Assembly (NCBI GenBank): GCA_965153355.1
Contig: OZ231126.1
Span: forward strand, 42,532,001-42,596,000
From: Flaccisagitta enflata
Lineage: Eukaryota
Reading direction: 5' to 3'
Length of the DNA stretch: 64,000 nucleotides
The position numbers were made by a program, and so were the translations under genes. The notes beneath the pieces are model-generated. The model searched no databases. It was not told the origin of the DNA and saw only the letters and a list, made by a program, of their open reading frames with translations. Below, in pieces: positions 60,473 to 64,000 of the stretch. Position 1 is the first letter of the stretch. Each line of letters opens with the position of its first letter.

Positions 60473-60879
60473 CGCGCACAGCTGCTCCCCTTTTCCATCG
60501 CGCAATCCGACATACCCTTCACTACACACTCGCTCGCTGCCAATATCATCACATCATGTGTCAAAAAGTTATTAGAAGACGAGGCCCAAAGGGCCACCGG
60601 CCGGAAGCGTGATTGTGTGGTGGCACAATAAATGGCTTTTGAAGCTTGATTCCCATCGAGATTTCCGCTTAAAGAGCAACTGTTTTTTTGTTTTTTGTTT
60701 TTTGTTTTTTTTTTTTTGAAAGCCGACGGAAGCCAGCGCCCATTTTGACAACGCCACTTCATGGTGGAAAAATATACAGTAGATGTCGCCTAAACTTGAA
60801 AATACGGGGGCCCTCATATCCTAACTACCATTTGTGCCAATGAAATGAAACTGTGTCTGTATAATGCTAATGTCTTATA

Positions 60880-61180
60880 GGGTTGACGATGGGGTATGGC
60901 AGCTCTGTGGATAAAAAATTCTTTTGAATATACTAAAACAAATTTGTTTAATTCAAACAGTTGCCAGAATTGGTCTAGTAGTTAACTCACTTGACTTCAA
61001 ATCCCTCCTGATCAATTCATTTCTTTAAAAGTTCCAGGTTCGAATCCTAGGCTGGTTTTGCAATTAAAGCAAATAGATGAAGCTGAAATTCTGCCATAAA
61101 AGTGATTGATCCTAACATTTTATACTAAAAGTTTTTTTTGTAAGGTAAGCCGTAGGGGGATGCCATACCCAAGTCAACCC
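60880..61180. mobile_element. ~300-bp MITE carrying a tRNA-like sequence
   Basis: TIRs GGGTTGACGATGGGGTATGGCA and TGCCATACCCAAGTCAACCC; flanks ATA/TTA (possibly a decayed Harbinger-type TWA). Confidence 0.55.
60963..61056 (+). pseudogene. Degenerate tRNA-like sequence (tRNA-Arg-like scaffold)
   Basis: GCCAG...CTGGT acceptor-like stem, A-box-like TGGTCTAGTAG, TGACTTCAAATC loop, CCAGGTTCGAATCCTAGG T-arm/B-box, and ~20 extra internal nt. Confidence 0.4.
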
Positions 61181-61885
61181 TTAGGGTCTATATATTAGAC
61201 TAGCAAAATATCAGTCTCACTGTATTATGCTGAGGTTATGAGTTTCCTGTATTTCCCAAGTCTAGATGATATTTACTGTAATTCATAATCTCTATCCTTC
61301 TTTCTTTTCCTATTATAACTTTTCTGTTTTTTGTAGGACATAGGGTGAATTTCAGACGTCTGTCCGTCCGCATGTATGTCTGTCCGTCCTCTCCCGAGGC
61401 TCCTTCAGGCCCAAAATCAGCCCTTCTGCTTCAAAAATTAGCTCCTTCAGGCCTGGGCTATCAGTCCTTTCAGGCCTAACTTCAACCTTTCAAGTTTCAA
61501 CAGCCCCTTCAGGCTCACCCAGTCTCCTTCAGGCCTAAAATCAGCCTGCCCAGCTCCAAAATAAGTTTCTGATACTCCTAAATCAACCTTGTTGTAAGCA
61601 GCACCACATTGTGTTTAAAATCAGCCCTCTTCAAACTCTAAAATAATCACTTGTGTCTCACTTCAGCCCTCAAAATTACTGGCTGATCTCGGTCTAAGCC
61701 TTTAGACTTCTAAATCAGTAGTATGGGCCGGTGCCCATCACTGGCCCATACCATTAAATTCAGCCCTCAGCCTTCATTAGTGTGCTTACTGATCTAATCA
61801 GCTCTTTAATGTGCCTTCTCAGGACGTCTGAAATTATCCCTTTGTAGCAGGACATTGGCCTTGGGGCTGCTGTTCTGTTTCACTT

Positions 61886-61918
61886 NNNNNNNNNNNNNNN
61901 NNNNNNNNNNNNNNNNNN
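61886..61918. other. Assembly gap (33 N)
   Basis: Run of N. Confidence 1.
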
Positions 61919-62028
61919 CAGCACTTCACTCGTTCAATGACTACCCCCCCCCTCCCAACTGTCGCCTCTTTTCTTTTGTCTGCTTGTGTTTCGGATTGTC
62001 GGTCCATCTATCTACCTGTGTAAATGAA

Positions 62029-62077
<49 letters not shown>

Positions 62078-62084
62078 AGTGTGT

Positions 62085-62393
<309 letters not shown>

Positions 62394-63160
62394 TGGCGAT
62401 GATCGGAGATAAGGCGAGAGTGACTAGGAAATCTCTCGACACTTCCGCTCACCTTTTGCAATTAATCTCAGGCGGGAACTCTTCCTTAGACTACTTCGTG
62501 CATCGACTTAACAGTCTGTGGACAAAATGATGATATCACTCTGTTTAGAATTGATAAGGCAGCTTGACGTCTGTCTGTTAGTGAAATCAGGTTCGTCGTT
62601 TTTTTTTTCAGTGGATGCAAAGGAAATTGTTACGTTTTCATCATTGACCTATCATCTTGTCAATGTCTTGTATGCTTAACAGGACAGGGTACATCATTAT
62701 GATTGTCAGATACAATTTGACAAATGATAAATACTGAAAAAGTGTTGGGGTTACATAACCTAAAAGCTAATCTTTGATCAATTAGGTAAAAAGTTCAATA
62801 TAACCTCAATTTGTCCCCAGACTGTCGAGTTTTCCTTTGAAACTCGCGGCAGAAACGCGTTGCAAAAGCAGCAACAATGTTGTTCTCAGCATATCAACAA
62901 TGTTGTTCTCAGCATATCGAACCTTCGTCGTCTTTATCTTTGTCAGACATGTTACCACGGCCGTTTTATCGCAACCATTTTCTCTCTATCTGTTTTGTTT
63001 CTCTTGTTCTTTGTTTCTTTTTTTTTCTTTCCCTCAAGGCTCAATCCATCTTTTGTTTCTTTTTTACTTTAATCATTTTCTGCAGGTTTGAAGTAAATGG
63101 GTTGAAGTGTTTCGTTTTTTATCTTCCATTAATGGATTTCCGTCATGATCACGATAAGGT

Positions 63161-63785
63161 TTATGTTAAAACCATACCGGGTCATCAATCTGGACTGGGA
63201 AAAAGTGTTAAGCTTTTCCTCTCAGCTGCTTCTCCTCACTGATCTGGAATTTGTTTTTGTTTTTTTATAGTACTATGTTTGACGTTTTTTGTTTCAAAAT
63301 TTCATTGGTCTGACTTAAATACTTTGCCCACGACATCTATTTAAAAGAAAAACAAGTATTTTCAGATATAGCTCAATTTAGCCTTAGTTTATCAAAACTT
63401 TTTTTTTTATTTGCTCTTATATCTTACTGGATTGAGCAGCAAATGTCAGATTTGTCTCAGTTAAAGATATCTTTATAAATTTTAAAAACTATCTTTAATT
63501 TGAGACTATTTTAGCATTTGTAGCTCAATCTGATCAAAAATAAGGGAAAATAGTTCTGAGGAAATAGGGATAGATTGAGCTTCAGCCACAATTACTTGTT
63601 TCACTTCAAATTGATGTTGTGGACAACGTAATTAACACAGACCAATGAAATTTTGACACAAAAAACGTCAAACATAGTACTAAATAGGAAAATCAATTCC
63701 AGGTCATTGAGAAGAAGCAACTGAGAGTAAAAGCTTAATACTTTTTCCCAATCGAGATTGATGACCCTGTATTGGTTTGACGTAA
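63161..63785. repeat. Diverged ~150-bp inverted repeat (63161-63312 / 63638-63785)
   Basis: agtactatgtttgacgttttttgt pairs with acaaaaaacgtcaaacatagtact; homologous translations YVKTIPGHQSGLGKSVKL and YVKPIQGHQSRLGKSIKL. Confidence 0.85.
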
Positions 63786-64000
63786 TCGGGATGGTGCGGT
63801 GATAGAACGGTCTGGAGTCGGGCCGTCTTTATTCGGTCGCCATTGAATACCTCCATATCCCTTGCCTCCCTTCTTTTTCTCCTAATCCTACTTTGGAACC
63901 CTGAGGTAAGCGCAATTCCCATCAATACCAACAATTTCCCTTTTGCCTGTTGCTTCTTTCCATCTAATGAGTCATCTGTGACTGTGAGAATATGAATTAT

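Noticed and set aside
60963-61056. Selenocysteine or opal-suppressor tRNA gene
   Set aside because: Only the loop CTTCAAA matches; the long acceptor, D and variable arms of tRNA-Sec are absent and the stems are broken.

Overview
Eukaryotic, probably invertebrate animal, repeat-saturated genomic DNA. I found no confidently recognisable host gene, and most long ORFs are translations of microsatellites or minisatellites. Three levels of structure stand out. (1) A diverged inverted duplication: 1..~23361 (copy A) matches ~36490..45372 (copy B). The two share a core of roughly 5 kb, and each carries about five insertions the other lacks, so TSDs and termini can be read against empty sites (hAT-like, Chapaev-like, TA-MITE, Helitron-like, HINE-like, LTR). 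(2) A near-perfect 4.6-kb palindrome (23000..27637) built mostly from the 5' end of an LTR retrotransposon (LTR, tRNA-Gly-type PBS, N-terminal ORF). Its two LTRs face each other, so it is a candidate hairpin-RNA 'killer' locus. (3) A 5'-truncated, frameshifted RLE-type (R4-like) non-LTR retrotransposon at 56171..58288 (-), with (TC)n on both sides. All alignments were done by eye. Coordinates of TSD-bounded elements were counted directly; others are approximate.
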